Shown: positions 47,959 through 58,006, counted from the first letter of the stretch. The stretch: 64,000 nucleotides of DNA from an uncultured Candidatus Rokubacteria bacterium (GCA_963754315.1 CAVWFS010000019.1:192001-256000); one strand, 5' to 3'. The notes: generated from the letters alone by a model not told the origin. Numbers and translations are program-made.

Positions 47959-49005
47959 GTGAATCAGTCCACGTCGTACCTCATCACTGGCGGCGCCGGA
48001 TTCCTGGGGATCAATCTCATCCGCTACCTACTGGCCCGGGGACATGCCGTCACCTCGCTCGATGTGGCTGACTTCGACTATCCGGAACGCGATCGGGTCA
48101 CGGTGGTCAGGGGCGACATCCGCGATCGAGCCATCGTCGAAAGCGCCATGGCGGGCTCACGCGTCGTGGTGCACGGCGCGGCGGCCCTTCCACTCTACAA
48201 ACCCGCCGAGATCTATGCGACGGACATCGACGGCACCCGCACGGTGATCGAGGCTGCCCACGCGCACGCGGTCGAACGCTTCATTCACATCTCCTCCACT
48301 GCGGTCTACGGCATTCCGGATCACCACCCGCTCTACGAGACGGATCCGCTGCGAGGGGTTGGGCCTTACGGTCAGGCCAAGGTGCTGGCCGAGGGTATCT
48401 GTCTGGCATTCCGGAAGAGGGGCATGTGCGTTCCCATCATCCGGCCCAAGTCGTTCGTCGGCCCCGAACGGCTCGGGGTGTTCGCGCTCCTCTACGACTG
48501 GGCCAGCCAGGGACGCGGGTTCCCGATGATCGGGCGCGGCGACAATCGCTACCAGTTCCTGGACGTCGAGGATCTGTGCGACGCCATATACCAGACGGCA
48601 ACCATCGATCCCTCCCTCGCCAACGACACGTTCAACGTCGGCGCCAAGGTGTTCGCCACCATGCGCGAAGACTACCAGGCCGTCCTGGACTACGCGGGCT
48701 TCGGTCGGCGCGTCCGGGGCTTCCCGGCGGCCCCCCTCATCTGGACTCTGCGCACCTTGGAGCGCCTCAAGCTCTCGCCGCTTTACCGCTGGGTATACGA
48801 GACGGCGGCCACCGATTCGTTCGTGTCCATCGAGAAGGCCGAGCGGGTGCTGGGGTTCGCGCCCAAGTACTCGAATCGGGATGCTCTCATCCGTAACTAC
48901 CAGTGGTACCTCGACAATCGCCAGCGCTTCACCGGGCAATCGGGGGTGACTCATCGCGTGCCGTGGAAGCAGGGTATCCTCGGCCTTGCCAAGCGGTTCT
49001 TCTGA
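47959..49005 (+). CDS. NAD-dependent epimerase/dehydratase
   Basis: ITGGAGFLG, ISSTAVYG, YGQAK. Confidence 0.88.
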   Translation: MNQSTSYLITGGAGFLGINLIRYLLARGHAVTSLDVADFDYPERDRVTVVRGDIRDRAIVESAMAGSRVVVHGAAALPLYKPAEIYATDIDGTRTVIEAAHAHAVERFIHISSTAVYGIPDHHPLYETDPLRGVGPYGQAKVLAEGICLAFRKRGMCVPIIRPKSFVGPERLGVFALLYDWASQGRGFPMIGRGDNRYQFLDVEDLCDAIYQTATIDPSLANDTFNVGAKVFATMREDYQAVLDYAGFGRRVRGFPAAPLIWTLRTLERLKLSPLYRWVYETAATDSFVSIEKAERVLGFAPKYSNRDALIRNYQWYLDNRQRFTGQSGVTHRVPWKQGILGLAKRFF

Positions 49006-49024
49006 GAGCAGTAGAGTCCCGCGC

Positions 49025-49053
49025 TTGACTCTCCGCACCCCGCCCACTAGAGT
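49025..49053 (+). promoter_or_regulatory. sigma70-type promoter
   Basis: TTGACT, 17 nt, TAGAGT. Confidence 0.7.
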
Positions 49054-49086
49054 CCGTCGCATCGCATCGAGGAGCGCGATCGACTC

Positions 49087-50250
49087 GTGAGCATTCCCCG
49101 GACAGCGAGCACGGTCATCATCGGCGGCGGCGTGGTCGGCTGCAGCATTGCCTATCATCTCGCGCGCCGCGGTCAGCGGGATATCGTGGTGCTCGAGCGA
49201 GAGACCGTGGGCTCCGGCACCACCAGCAAGGCGGCAGGCGGTATCCGCGCTCAGTTCCCCACGGAGACCGAGGTTCGATTCTCGCTGGAGGCTATTCGGG
49301 TCTTCGAGCACTTCGAGGAGGAGTTCGGGGTCGACATCGGCTATCGGAAGATCGGCTACCTGTTCTTGGTCGCCGATGAAGCGGACCTCACCGGCTTCCG
49401 GAAGCGCATGGCCATCCAGCAGCGGCTCGGCGTCGACGTGCGCATCATCACCCCGACGGAGGCGCAGGCGATGGTCCCCGCCCTCCGCGTCGACGACCTG
49501 CTCGCCGCCATCTGGGGTCCGACGGACGGTATGGCGGGGCCGGCCGAAGTGACCACCGGCTTCGCCCGGCGTGCGCGCGAGCTGGGGGCTCGGATTCTCG
49601 AGGGCGTCGACGTCATCGGCATCGACCGGGTAGGCGGTCGCGTGCGAAGCGTTCGCACGACGCAAGGCGCTATTGAAACCCCGCTCGCCATCAACGCCGC
49701 CGGGCCCTCGGCGGCCCGCGTCGGTCGGCTAGCCGATCTTCAGATTGCCGTTCAGCCGCGGCGGCGGCACATCTTCTTCACCGAGCCGTTCCCCGAGATA
49801 CCGGGACCGGTGCCGCTCACCACGGACCGTGCCAGCGGCTTCTACTTTCGCAAAGAGATGGAGCAGGTTCTCCTGAGTCCTGGTGATGTCGAAGACATCG
49901 GCGACGATCTCGCCGTTCCCATGGATTGGGGCAAGGTGGAAGAGACCGTCCAGAAGGCCATTCATCGCCTTCCCATCATCGAGCGGGCTCGCATCGCCGG
50001 TGGCTGGGCGGGCCTCCGTCCCCTCACGCCGGACGATCACGCCATCATTGGCCCGGCGCCCGGCCTGGAAGGCATGTTCCTGGCGGTGGGCTTCGGCGGG
50101 CACGGTTTCCAGCACTCGCCGGCCACTGGACGCTACGTGGCCGAGTGGATTCTTGACGGTCGCCCCTCGATGGACCTGTCGCTGTTCGATCCCGCTCGCT
50201 TCGCCCATGGGCACGAGATTGCGAACGACCCGGGACCAGACGCGGAGTAA
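49087..50250 (+). CDS. FAD-dependent oxidoreductase (sarcosine oxidase beta/DAO family)
   Basis: IIGGGVVG, GTTSKAAG, WAGLRPLTPD, GFGGHGFQHSPATG. Confidence 0.9.
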   Translation: MSIPRTASTVIIGGGVVGCSIAYHLARRGQRDIVVLERETVGSGTTSKAAGGIRAQFPTETEVRFSLEAIRVFEHFEEEFGVDIGYRKIGYLFLVADEADLTGFRKRMAIQQRLGVDVRIITPTEAQAMVPALRVDDLLAAIWGPTDGMAGPAEVTTGFARRARELGARILEGVDVIGIDRVGGRVRSVRTTQGAIETPLAINAAGPSAARVGRLADLQIAVQPRRRHIFFTEPFPEIPGPVPLTTDRASGFYFRKEMEQVLLSPGDVEDIGDDLAVPMDWGKVEETVQKAIHRLPIIERARIAGGWAGLRPLTPDDHAIIGPAPGLEGMFLAVGFGGHGFQHSPATGRYVAEWILDGRPSMDLSLFDPARFAHGHEIANDPGPDAE

Positions 50251-50307
50251 GTCGAGCGGGACTCGGGCGGGTCTCTGTGCCAGGCGTGCTGATATGGTGT
50301 CAGTCGC

Positions 50308-51420
50308 ATGGTGATCGGCGATATTCGCGTCATCCAGGCTGACATTCCCGTCAAGCGGCCTCACACGATGTCCTTCACCACGCTGCATGCTGTCAATTTC
50401 GTCTTCGTGCGCCTGGAAACGATCGGGGGGTTAGTTGGCTGGGGTGAAGCGGCCTGCCTCGGCGGACCCACCTGGAGCGAGGAATCGGCCGAGTCGGTGG
50501 CCATCACGATCGAGCGGTATATCGCCCCCTGGCTGACCGGCCGAGACGCCACCCAGATCGAACCGCTCCGCCACGAGATGGCCCGCCGTCTCCAGGGCAA
50601 TCCGTTTGCCCGGGCCGCTGTCGAGATGGCGTTGTGGGACCTCAATGGCCGTGCGCTGGGGGTGCCGATCCATCGTCTCCTGGGGGGCCGCATGCGTGAT
50701 CGGGTGCCGCTCTCCTGGTCACTCGCGGTCGCGAAACTCGAGGACGAGGTGGCGGAGGCAGCCGAGCTGAGCGCGCGGGGACAGCGCATCTTCAAGATCA
50801 AGACCGCAGCGCATCCGCTTGCCCACGACCTCGAGCGGGTCAAGCGGATCCGAGAGGTCGTCGGCCCCGCGGTGTCGCTGCGCGTGGACGCCAATCAGGG
50901 CTGGGACCGGGCAAGCGCGCCACGTGCCATCCGGGCCCTCGAGCCCTACGGTCTCGACTTCGTGGAGCAACCGCTTCCACGCTGGGATCTTGAAGGTATG
51001 GCTCAGCTGGGGCGAAGCGCGGCCGTCCCCATCATGGCCGACGAGTCGTGCTTTTCACCGCAGGATGCCATGACTATCGCCCGTCTCGGTGGGGTCAGCA
51101 TCCTCGGCCTCAAGGTGACCAAGTCGGCCGGCCTGCTCGGAAGCATGGCGGTCGCCCGCATCGCCGAGGCAGCCGGCCTCGGCTGCTATGTCGGGTGCAT
51201 GATCGAGACATCCGTCGGCACCGCGGCCTATCTGCAGGTGGCCTTGGCGGCGGCGCCGGTCAGCTGGGGCTGCGAGCTCTTTGGCCCCCTGCTACTTATG
51301 GGAGACGTGGTCAAAAAGCCTGTCCAGTACGCCGAGGGCAGTATCCTGGCCCTCGACGGCCCGGGCCTGGGGGTCGACGTCGACGAGTTGGCGCTCAAAG
51401 AGTGGACCCATCGCGCCTGA
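50308..51420 (+). CDS. Muconate cycloisomerase-like enolase superfamily protein
   Basis: GWGEA, EMALWDL, FKIK, DANQGW, EQP, MADES, LKVTKSAG, GPGLGVD. Confidence 0.85.
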   Translation: MVIGDIRVIQADIPVKRPHTMSFTTLHAVNFVFVRLETIGGLVGWGEAACLGGPTWSEESAESVAITIERYIAPWLTGRDATQIEPLRHEMARRLQGNPFARAAVEMALWDLNGRALGVPIHRLLGGRMRDRVPLSWSLAVAKLEDEVAEAAELSARGQRIFKIKTAAHPLAHDLERVKRIREVVGPAVSLRVDANQGWDRASAPRAIRALEPYGLDFVEQPLPRWDLEGMAQLGRSAAVPIMADESCFSPQDAMTIARLGGVSILGLKVTKSAGLLGSMAVARIAEAAGLGCYVGCMIETSVGTAAYLQVALAAAPVSWGCELFGPLLLMGDVVKKPVQYAEGSILALDGPGLGVDVDELALKEWTHRA

Positions 51421-51437
51421 CTCGAGGAGGAACTGCC

Positions 51438-52418
51438 ATGAAGCGCCCCATCGCTCTGCTGGCCGCACTGGCGGCCGTCGCTCTCGTCACCGTATCGGCC
51501 CTCGCCCAACAGTTCAATCTGACCTGGACGGCCGGCCAGCTCGGGGGCGGCTGGTACGCCCAGGCCGGCGGCTTCGTGGAGCTGATCAAGAGCAAGGACC
51601 CCAAATTCAACATCAAGGTGGTGCCAGGAGCCGGTATCCAGAACATGACCAAGCTGCAGCAGGGCGAGACGGAGATCGCCTGGGGCTTGCCACCGTTCGT
51701 GGCGGCCTCCTACAACGGTCAGGATCCGTACAAGGACAAGCACGCCGACATGCGGCTGGTCGTCAACGGGCTCGGCTACGTGCACATTCAGTTCTGCGTC
51801 CCTGCCGACTATCCGGCCAAGTCAATCCGTGACGTATTCGAGTCCAAGAAGCCCATCACCATCGGGACAACGCCGCCCGGCGGCTCCGATGAGTGGGTGA
51901 TGCGCAAGGTGTTCGAGTTCTACAAGACCACGTATGCCGACGTGCGCAGCCGCGGGGGCAAGGTCATCCTCGTCTCTTACAGCGACCTGGTGACCCAGTA
52001 CCGCGATCGGAACATGGACATCCTCTTCGCCAACCTCGCCGTTCCCGGGGCCGCCATCCAGGAAGCCTCGCTCGCGCGCAAGATGCGCATCCTGCCCATG
52101 GACGACGATCTCATCAAGTTCATGGAGGGGCACGGGCTAGCGCGCGGGGTGATCCCCAAGGGCACGTACAAGGACGTCGTCAACAACGATGTCGACCTCC
52201 CCACCATCGCAATGGCCAACACCATTGTGGCCAACGCCAAGACGCCGTCGGAGGCGGTCTACGATTTCACGAAGATCGTTCTCAATAACGTCGACGCCGT
52301 TCGCAAGATCCACCCCGCCTTCAAGGACTTCACGCCGAAGGACGCGGTGAAGCTGGCCAACGTGCCGCTCCACCCCGGGGCCGAGAAAGCCTACAAGGAA
52401 GCGAAACTCATTCCGTAG
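51438..52418 (+). CDS. TAXI-family TRAP solute receptor
   Basis: Signal peptide, GGGWY, IPKGTY, VPLHPGAEKAYKE; GAGGAGG SD. Confidence 0.88.
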   Translation: MKRPIALLAALAAVALVTVSALAQQFNLTWTAGQLGGGWYAQAGGFVELIKSKDPKFNIKVVPGAGIQNMTKLQQGETEIAWGLPPFVAASYNGQDPYKDKHADMRLVVNGLGYVHIQFCVPADYPAKSIRDVFESKKPITIGTTPPGGSDEWVMRKVFEFYKTTYADVRSRGGKVILVSYSDLVTQYRDRNMDILFANLAVPGAAIQEASLARKMRILPMDDDLIKFMEGHGLARGVIPKGTYKDVVNNDVDLPTIAMANTIVANAKTPSEAVYDFTKIVLNNVDAVRKIHPAFKDFTPKDAVKLANVPLHPGAEKAYKEAKLIP

Positions 52419-52450
52419 ATGGGTCACGCGCCCCGCGACCACCGAGTCAC

Positions 52451-54352
52451 GTGAGACAGCTCACGGGGGTGGTGGGATGGGTGGCCGGCGTCTATGCCGT
52501 GGCGGCTGCCCTGTTTCACATCTGGACCGCATACGCGGGGGTGCTGGAGCCGCGCGAGATGCGCGCCATCCATCTGATGTTCCTGCTGCCCCTGTCGTTT
52601 CTCTTCTTTGGCGCGACGCCGCGTGCTCCCCAGCACCGGCCCACTGTCGTCGATGCCGCCTGGATCGTCGCCGCCCTCGTGCCCACCCTCTACGTCATCG
52701 CCAACGCCACCGAGCTCACCGAGCGCTGGGAGGGGGTGCACCCGGTGACCTTGCTCCAGGTCATCCTCGGAACGTTGCTCGTGCTGGCCGTGCTGGAAGC
52801 ATCGCGGCGGACGGTTGGTTTCTGGTTCTTCGTCACCACGCTCGTCTTCATCGCTTTCCTGGTGGCCGCCCCCTGGCTCCCAGGCTTCCTGAAGTCGCCG
52901 AGGGCATACAGCTTCGCCCAGCTCATCGAGATGTTCTTTCTGTACGCGGACGAGGGGGTCCTCGGCTCCCTCACCGGCATCTCCGCCAACCTGCTGATGA
53001 TCTTCATCCTGTTCGCGTCCTTCATGCTGCATTCAGGGGTGGGCCAGTTCTTCATGGACATCTCGATCGCGGTGGCCGGTCGCTTCCGGGGAGGCCCGGC
53101 CAAGGTGGCGGTGGTGTCCTCGGCTCTCTACGGGACGGTGAGCGGCTCCTCGGTGGCCGACTGCTACGCCACCGGCACCTTCACGATCCCCCTGATGAAG
53201 AAGATCGGCTATCGGCCGGATATCGCCGCCGCTATCGAGGCAACCGCTTCCTGCGGCGGCCCGCTCATGCCGCCCATCATGGGGGCCGGTGCCTTCATCA
53301 TGGCCGAACTGACGGGGGTGCCGTATTCGAAGATCATCGTAGCGGCCGCGCTGCCCGCCGTCCTGTACTACGCGGGGATCATGGCGACCGTGCACTGGGA
53401 AGCGCTCAAGCACGGTCTGGGGACGATGTCAGCCGACATGCCGCCCGTGCTCTCTCTGTTGCGGCGCTCGCTCTTGTTCCTCCCCTTCGGCGCGGTGCTC
53501 TACTGTCTGGAGGCCGGCTACTCGCCGTCCAAGGCCGCGCTCTACAGCCTGCTCACGGCCGTGGTCGTTTCCTGGTTCGCGGGCGACCAGCCGATGACTC
53601 CGCGCCGCATGGCCACCACCATGATCGAGGCCATGCGGTCCGGCGCTATCATCGCCTGCGTGCTGGCCGCCTCGGGCCTCATCGTGGCCGCCATGAGCCG
53701 CACCGGGTTCGCGCTCGCCTTCTCCAGCCTGATCATCAACTTCTCCGCGGGCTACCTCATCGTGGCCCTATTCCTGATCTTCGTCGTCGTATCCGTCCTC
53801 GGAACGGGCATTCCCACCACACCCGCCTACATCCTTGCGGTCACCGTCGGCGGGGCCGCCTTGCAGAAACTCGGGATCGACATCCTGGCCGCCCATCTCT
53901 TTGTTTTCTACTACGCCGTGCTGGCCGACGTGACCCCACCGGTAGCCGTCACCGCCTTCGCCGGCGCCCAGATTGCGGGGGCCGATCCCATGAAGACCGG
54001 TTGGCAAGGCTGCCGCTTCGCCATCGGCGGCTTTCTGGCGCCGTTCCTCTTCGTCTACCAGCCCGCGTTGCTGCTGAGCGGCTCCGTCGTGGAGATTGTG
54101 ATCGCGTTCGCGTCGGCCATGGTCGGCATCACCGCGCTGTCGGCCGCGGTGGCCGGGCACATGTTCCGACCCCTGAGCTGGCTCCAGCGCGGCTTTCTGG
54201 TGGCGGTATCGCTGGCCGCCATCAGCCCCCATCTGACGGTCTCGGTGGCGACCAGCCTCACCGTCCTTGCCTTCGCCGCGTGGGAGGCGCGGTCGGCCGC
54301 CCGTGATAGCATGCCCACGACTCGAGCATCGCCAGGAAGGGGAAGGTTATGA
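52451..54352 (+). CDS. TRAP transporter fused 4TM/12TM permease
   Basis: GGPAKVAV, SGSSVA, TIPLMKK, MPPIMGAGAF, GIPTTPAY, DVTPPVA. Confidence 0.92.
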   Translation: MRQLTGVVGWVAGVYAVAAALFHIWTAYAGVLEPREMRAIHLMFLLPLSFLFFGATPRAPQHRPTVVDAAWIVAALVPTLYVIANATELTERWEGVHPVTLLQVILGTLLVLAVLEASRRTVGFWFFVTTLVFIAFLVAAPWLPGFLKSPRAYSFAQLIEMFFLYADEGVLGSLTGISANLLMIFILFASFMLHSGVGQFFMDISIAVAGRFRGGPAKVAVVSSALYGTVSGSSVADCYATGTFTIPLMKKIGYRPDIAAAIEATASCGGPLMPPIMGAGAFIMAELTGVPYSKIIVAAALPAVLYYAGIMATVHWEALKHGLGTMSADMPPVLSLLRRSLLFLPFGAVLYCLEAGYSPSKAALYSLLTAVVVSWFAGDQPMTPRRMATTMIEAMRSGAIIACVLAASGLIVAAMSRTGFALAFSSLIINFSAGYLIVALFLIFVVVSVLGTGIPTTPAYILAVTVGGAALQKLGIDILAAHLFVFYYAVLADVTPPVAVTAFAGAQIAGADPMKTGWQGCRFAIGGFLAPFLFVYQPALLLSGSVVEIVIAFASAMVGITALSAAVAGHMFRPLSWLQRGFLVAVSLAAISPHLTVSVATSLTVLAFAAWEARSAARDSMPTTRASPGRGRL

Positions 54353-56430
54353 CCGCCATCACACCGTTCGTCGACCTCGATCGTCGAGGCCGCATCGCCG
54401 TGCTTACCGTCAACAATCCTCCGGTCAACGCGCTGAGCCACGGGGTGCGTCTGGGGTTGCGCGACGGGATCAAGGCCGCTCACGCCGACCCAGCTGTAGG
54501 GGCCATCGTGGTCGTCTGCGCCGGGCGGACGTTCATCGCCGGCGCCGACATCACCGAGTTCGGCAAGCCCCCGCAGGCGCCCGGTCTGCATGAGGTCCTG
54601 AGCCTCCTCGAAGGAGGGCCCAAGCCTGTGGTGGCGGCGATTCATGGCACCGCGCTCGGCGGGGGTCTCGAGGTTACCCTCGCCTGTCACTACCGGGTCG
54701 GGGTCAAGACGGCGCGCTTTGGGCTTCCCGAGGTGAAGCTCGGACTCCTGCCGGGCGCAGGAGGAACGCAGCGCCTCCCTCGCGTGGTCGGGACGGAGAA
54801 GGCCCTTCACATGATCGTGAGTGGCGATCCCATCAGCGCCCCCGAGGCGCTCAAGCACGGGCTGATCGACGAGATCGTCGACGGGGATCTCACCGCTGGC
54901 GGCGTCGCCTTTGCCGAGAAAGTCCTGGCCGAGAACCGCCCCCTCCGCAAGATCCGGGACCTCGACGAGAAGATTGCGGGTGCTCGTGGCAAGCCCGAGA
55001 TCTTCGCCGACTTCCGCAAATCGGTGGCCCGTGCCACCCGTGGCTTTCGCGCCCCCGAGAACTGCATCAAGGCGGTGGAAGCTGCCGTCAACCTTCCCTT
55101 CGACCAGGGGCTCGCCCGTGAGCGGGAGCTGTTCGGCGAGCTGCTGAACTCGTCGGAGTCCAAAGCCCAGCGCTACTTCTTTTTTGCCGAACGAGAGGCC
55201 GCCAAGATTCCCGATGTCCCCTCCGACACGCCAGCCTTGCCTATTCGCAAGGCGGCCGTCATCGGGGCGGGAACCATGGGCGGTGGTATCGCCATGAACT
55301 TTGCCAACGCCGGCATCCCCGTCACCGTGGTCGAGGTCGCGCGCGATGCGCTCGACCGCGGCCTCGGGGTCGTGCGTAAGAACTACGAAGCGACGGCGGC
55401 CCGCGGTCGGCTCAGCAAGGACGACGTCGAGAAACGCATGGGGCTCATCACGGGCACCACCGATTTCGGAGCCGTGGCCGAGGCCGACATCGTCGTCGAG
55501 GCCGTTTTCGAGGAGATGCCGATCAAGAAGGAGGTCTTCGGCAAGCTCGACGGCATCGCCAAGTCGGGTGCCGTGCTGGCTACCAATACCTCGACCTTGA
55601 ACGTCGACGAGATCGCCTCGGCGACCACGCGACCGGAGAGCGTTCTCGGCATGCATTTCTTCAGCCCGGCCAACGTCATGCGTCTCTTGGAGGTCGTGCG
55701 CGGCGCGAAGTCGTCGAAGCCCGTCATCGCGACGGCCATGGCCGTCGGCAAGCAGATCGCCAAGGTGCCCGTACTCGTCGGCGTGTGCGACGGCTTCGTG
55801 GGCAACCGCATGCTGCACCAGCGCGGGCGCGAGGCCGAGAAGCTCATCCTGGAGGGCGCGCTGCCCCAGCAGGTCGACAAGGTCCTGTACGACTTCGGCT
55901 TCCCCATGGGGCCGTTCGCCATGGGTGACCTGGCCGGCCTCGACGTCGGCTGGCGCATCCGCAAAGGCAAGGGCGTGAAGGCGGCCGTGGCCGATCGCCT
56001 GTGCGAGATGGGGCGGTTCGGTCAGAAGACGGGCGCCGGCTACTATCGCTACGAAGGCAGCGACCGCACGCCCAAGCCTGACGCCGAGGTCGAGAAGATC
56101 ATCGGCGAGGTCTCGGCCGAGATGGGCATCACCCGCCGGTTCATCTCCGACGAAGAGATCCTGCAGCGGCTCCTCTACCCGATGGTCAACGAGGGCGCGA
56201 AGATCCTGGAAGAGAAGCTCGCCATCCGGGCCAGCGACATCGACGTGATCTGGGTGTACGGCTATGGGTGGCCCGTGTACCGCGGCGGCCCCATGTTCTG
56301 GGCCGACTCCATCGGGCTCAAGGTGATCCGCGATCGTATGCTGGAATGGCAGCGGAAGCACGGCGACGTCTGGAAGCCGGCCGCGCTGGTTGACCGCCTG
56401 GTGAGCGAGGGCAAGGGCTTCTTGGCCTAG
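54349..56430 (+). CDS. Enoyl-CoA hydratase/3-hydroxyacyl-CoA dehydrogenase (PimF/FadB-like)
   Basis: [49 protein letters not shown]. Confidence 0.93.
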   Translation: MTAITPFVDLDRRGRIAVLTVNNPPVNALSHGVRLGLRDGIKAAHADPAVGAIVVVCAGRTFIAGADITEFGKPPQAPGLHEVLSLLEGGPKPVVAAIHGTALGGGLEVTLACHYRVGVKTARFGLPEVKLGLLPGAGGTQRLPRVVGTEKALHMIVSGDPISAPEALKHGLIDEIVDGDLTAGGVAFAEKVLAENRPLRKIRDLDEKIAGARGKPEIFADFRKSVARATRGFRAPENCIKAVEAAVNLPFDQGLARERELFGELLNSSESKAQRYFFFAEREAAKIPDVPSDTPALPIRKAAVIGAGTMGGGIAMNFANAGIPVTVVEVARDALDRGLGVVRKNYEATAARGRLSKDDVEKRMGLITGTTDFGAVAEADIVVEAVFEEMPIKKEVFGKLDGIAKSGAVLATNTSTLNVDEIASATTRPESVLGMHFFSPANVMRLLEVVRGAKSSKPVIATAMAVGKQIAKVPVLVGVCDGFVGNRMLHQRGREAEKLILEGALPQQVDKVLYDFGFPMGPFAMGDLAGLDVGWRIRKGKGVKAAVADRLCEMGRFGQKTGAGYYRYEGSDRTPKPDAEVEKIIGEVSAEMGITRRFISDEEILQRLLYPMVNEGAKILEEKLAIRASDIDVIWVYGYGWPVYRGGPMFWADSIGLKVIRDRMLEWQRKHGDVWKPAALVDRLVSEGKGFLA

Positions 56431-56476
56431 CGACCAGAGGTCCCACGGAGCCTATCAAGTCAAGGAGCAGATCGAG

Positions 56477-56941
56477 ATGACACTCACTGTCGAGTCTCCA
56501 AAGGATTTGGCGCAGCACGTGGGAAAGGAACTGGGGCCCTCGGAATGGATCACCGTCGATCAGGCCATGATCGACAAGTTTGCCGAGGCCACCGGCGATC
56601 ACCAGTGGATCCACGTGGACGTCGAGCGCGCCAAGAGGGAGATGCCGGGCGGCAAGACCATCGCCCACGGCTACCTCACCTTGTCGCTGGTTCCACGACT
56701 GGCCAGCACGCTCGTGAAGGTCAACAAGCGTAGCCGTGGGGTGAACTACGGCTCCAACAAGGTCCGCTTCACGAACATGGTCCCGGCCGGCGCGCGCGTA
56801 CGCCTGCGTCAGAAGCTTCTCAAGGTCGACGAGGTTTCCGGAAACGGCATCCGCGCGACGTGGGAGATGACCATGGAGGTCGAGGGGCAAGAGCGCCCCG
56901 CTCTCGTCGCCGAGACGATCGGCGTCCAGTACGGGGTATAG
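56477..56941 (+). CDS. MaoC-family dehydratase
   Basis: FAEATGDHQWIHVD, IAHGYLTLSL, NYGSNKVRF. Confidence 0.92.
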   Translation: MTLTVESPKDLAQHVGKELGPSEWITVDQAMIDKFAEATGDHQWIHVDVERAKREMPGGKTIAHGYLTLSLVPRLASTLVKVNKRSRGVNYGSNKVRFTNMVPAGARVRLRQKLLKVDEVSGNGIRATWEMTMEVEGQERPALVAETIGVQYGV

Positions 56942-56951
56942 GCAGGGTTTG

Positions 56952-57148
56952 CATTTCGCGGCCCCGACGCCGCCGCGTGCGACCGAGGGGTGCCACGGGT
57001 TTCCCGGGGCACCCCGAGCGCTGGGGGGTATGGGGGGCCATTTCGGGGCCCCGACGATGCCGCGTAGGACCGAGGGGTGCCACGGGTTCCCCGGGGCACC
57101 CCGAGCGCTTGGGGGGTATGGGGGGCCATTTCGGGGCCCCCCATTTTA
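56952..57148 (+). repeat. Two tandem copies of the two-hairpin element (87-bp period)
   Basis: GCCGCGT anchors at 56972 and 57059; GGGGTGCCACGGG/CCCGGGGCACCCC; ends GGGGGGCCATTTCGGGGCCCCCCA. Confidence 0.93.
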
Positions 57149-57154
57149 AATAGC

Positions 57155-57556
57155 CTAGCGGTCGTAAGGGCCTGCGCCCGGGGCTCGGTCGTGACGGTGG
57201 AACTCACCCGCCGGCGTGATGGCCAGACGGATCGTCGGCCCGCTCCCTCGGGGGCGGATGTGGTGGAAGTGGTTGGCGGGCGCGAACACGACATCGCCCG
57301 CTCGAGCCCGAATGGGTTCTCTCTGGCCTTCGATCTCCCAGTCGATCTCGCCCTCCAGAATGATCCACCACTCGTCCGTCAAGTGATAGTGGCGGTCCGT
57401 CGGATGGCCCGGCGGCTGGCAAATGAGCGTGCCTGACATCTGATCGTTCACCACGAGCTTCTCGACCCAGGGCGGTTGGCCCTTCGCCCGTTTGATCTCC
57501 TCGATACGCGCGTGGAGCTTGTCCATTCCTAACAGTCCCTGCACGGTCGCCTGCAT
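57155..57556 (-). CDS. Cupin domain protein
   Basis: HYHLTDEWWIILEGE...AGDVVFAPANHFHHI; GGAGG SD before the ATG at 57556. Confidence 0.85.
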   Translation of the reverse strand: MQATVQGLLGMDKLHARIEEIKRAKGQPPWVEKLVVNDQMSGTLICQPPGHPTDRHYHLTDEWWIILEGEIDWEIEGQREPIRARAGDVVFAPANHFHHIRPRGSGPTIRLAITPAGEFHRHDRAPGAGPYDR

Positions 57557-57796
57557 GGGCGCCTCCTTTTCTCCTGGGACTCCTCGTGGTCCTGGCCGCC
57601 AGTATAGCGAGGTCCGCTGGTCGCCCGTCGTTCGTGGGTCCTGTTGGCTCGCCGCAATTCTTGTCGGCGCGTCAATCACTGGTCTATGATGCCGCGACGC
57701 GATATGGTCCGCAGGCTCGTACGAGAGTCAGCGGGGATCGTTGCAGCACACTGCTTCCGGCGCGGGCTACCGGCTCGGTCGGGGAGGGAGAGCTTG

Positions 57797-57989
57797 ATGA
57801 CGGGGTCAACGTGGCTGATTCTGCTCGGGATCCTGATCGTGCTCGCGTCGCTGTTCGCGGACGCGATTGGGCCTCGGCACCTCTCCGAGAGACTACTTCG
57901 GCTGGAAGCAGATCCTCGGGATCGTCGTCGGTCTGGCAATCGTCGGCTACGGTCTCTGGCGCCGTCGAGGTAGCGGCGTCAATCGCTGA
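57797..57989 (+). CDS. Small two-TM membrane protein, frameshifted at ~57870
   Basis: Removing one G from ATTGGGCCTC gives MTGSTWLILLGILIVLASLFADAIGLGTSPRDYFGWKQILGIVVGLAIVGYGLWRRRGSGVNR; GGAG-rich SD. Confidence 0.6.
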
Positions 57990-58006
57990 TAGCGGACGCG
58001 CGGCGC

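Noticed and set aside
54055..56361. 768-aa antisense ORF (also 25835-27532, 30602-31990, 48157-49665, and same-strand 52477-54306)
   Set aside because: Shadow frames of well-supported genes in high-GC DNA; no recognisable motifs.
57110..57155. Plain intrinsic terminator after maoC
   Set aside because: The hairpin is part of the dispersed element with only a short ATTTT tail, and the same hairpin occurs in 5' leaders. A terminator role here cannot be excluded.
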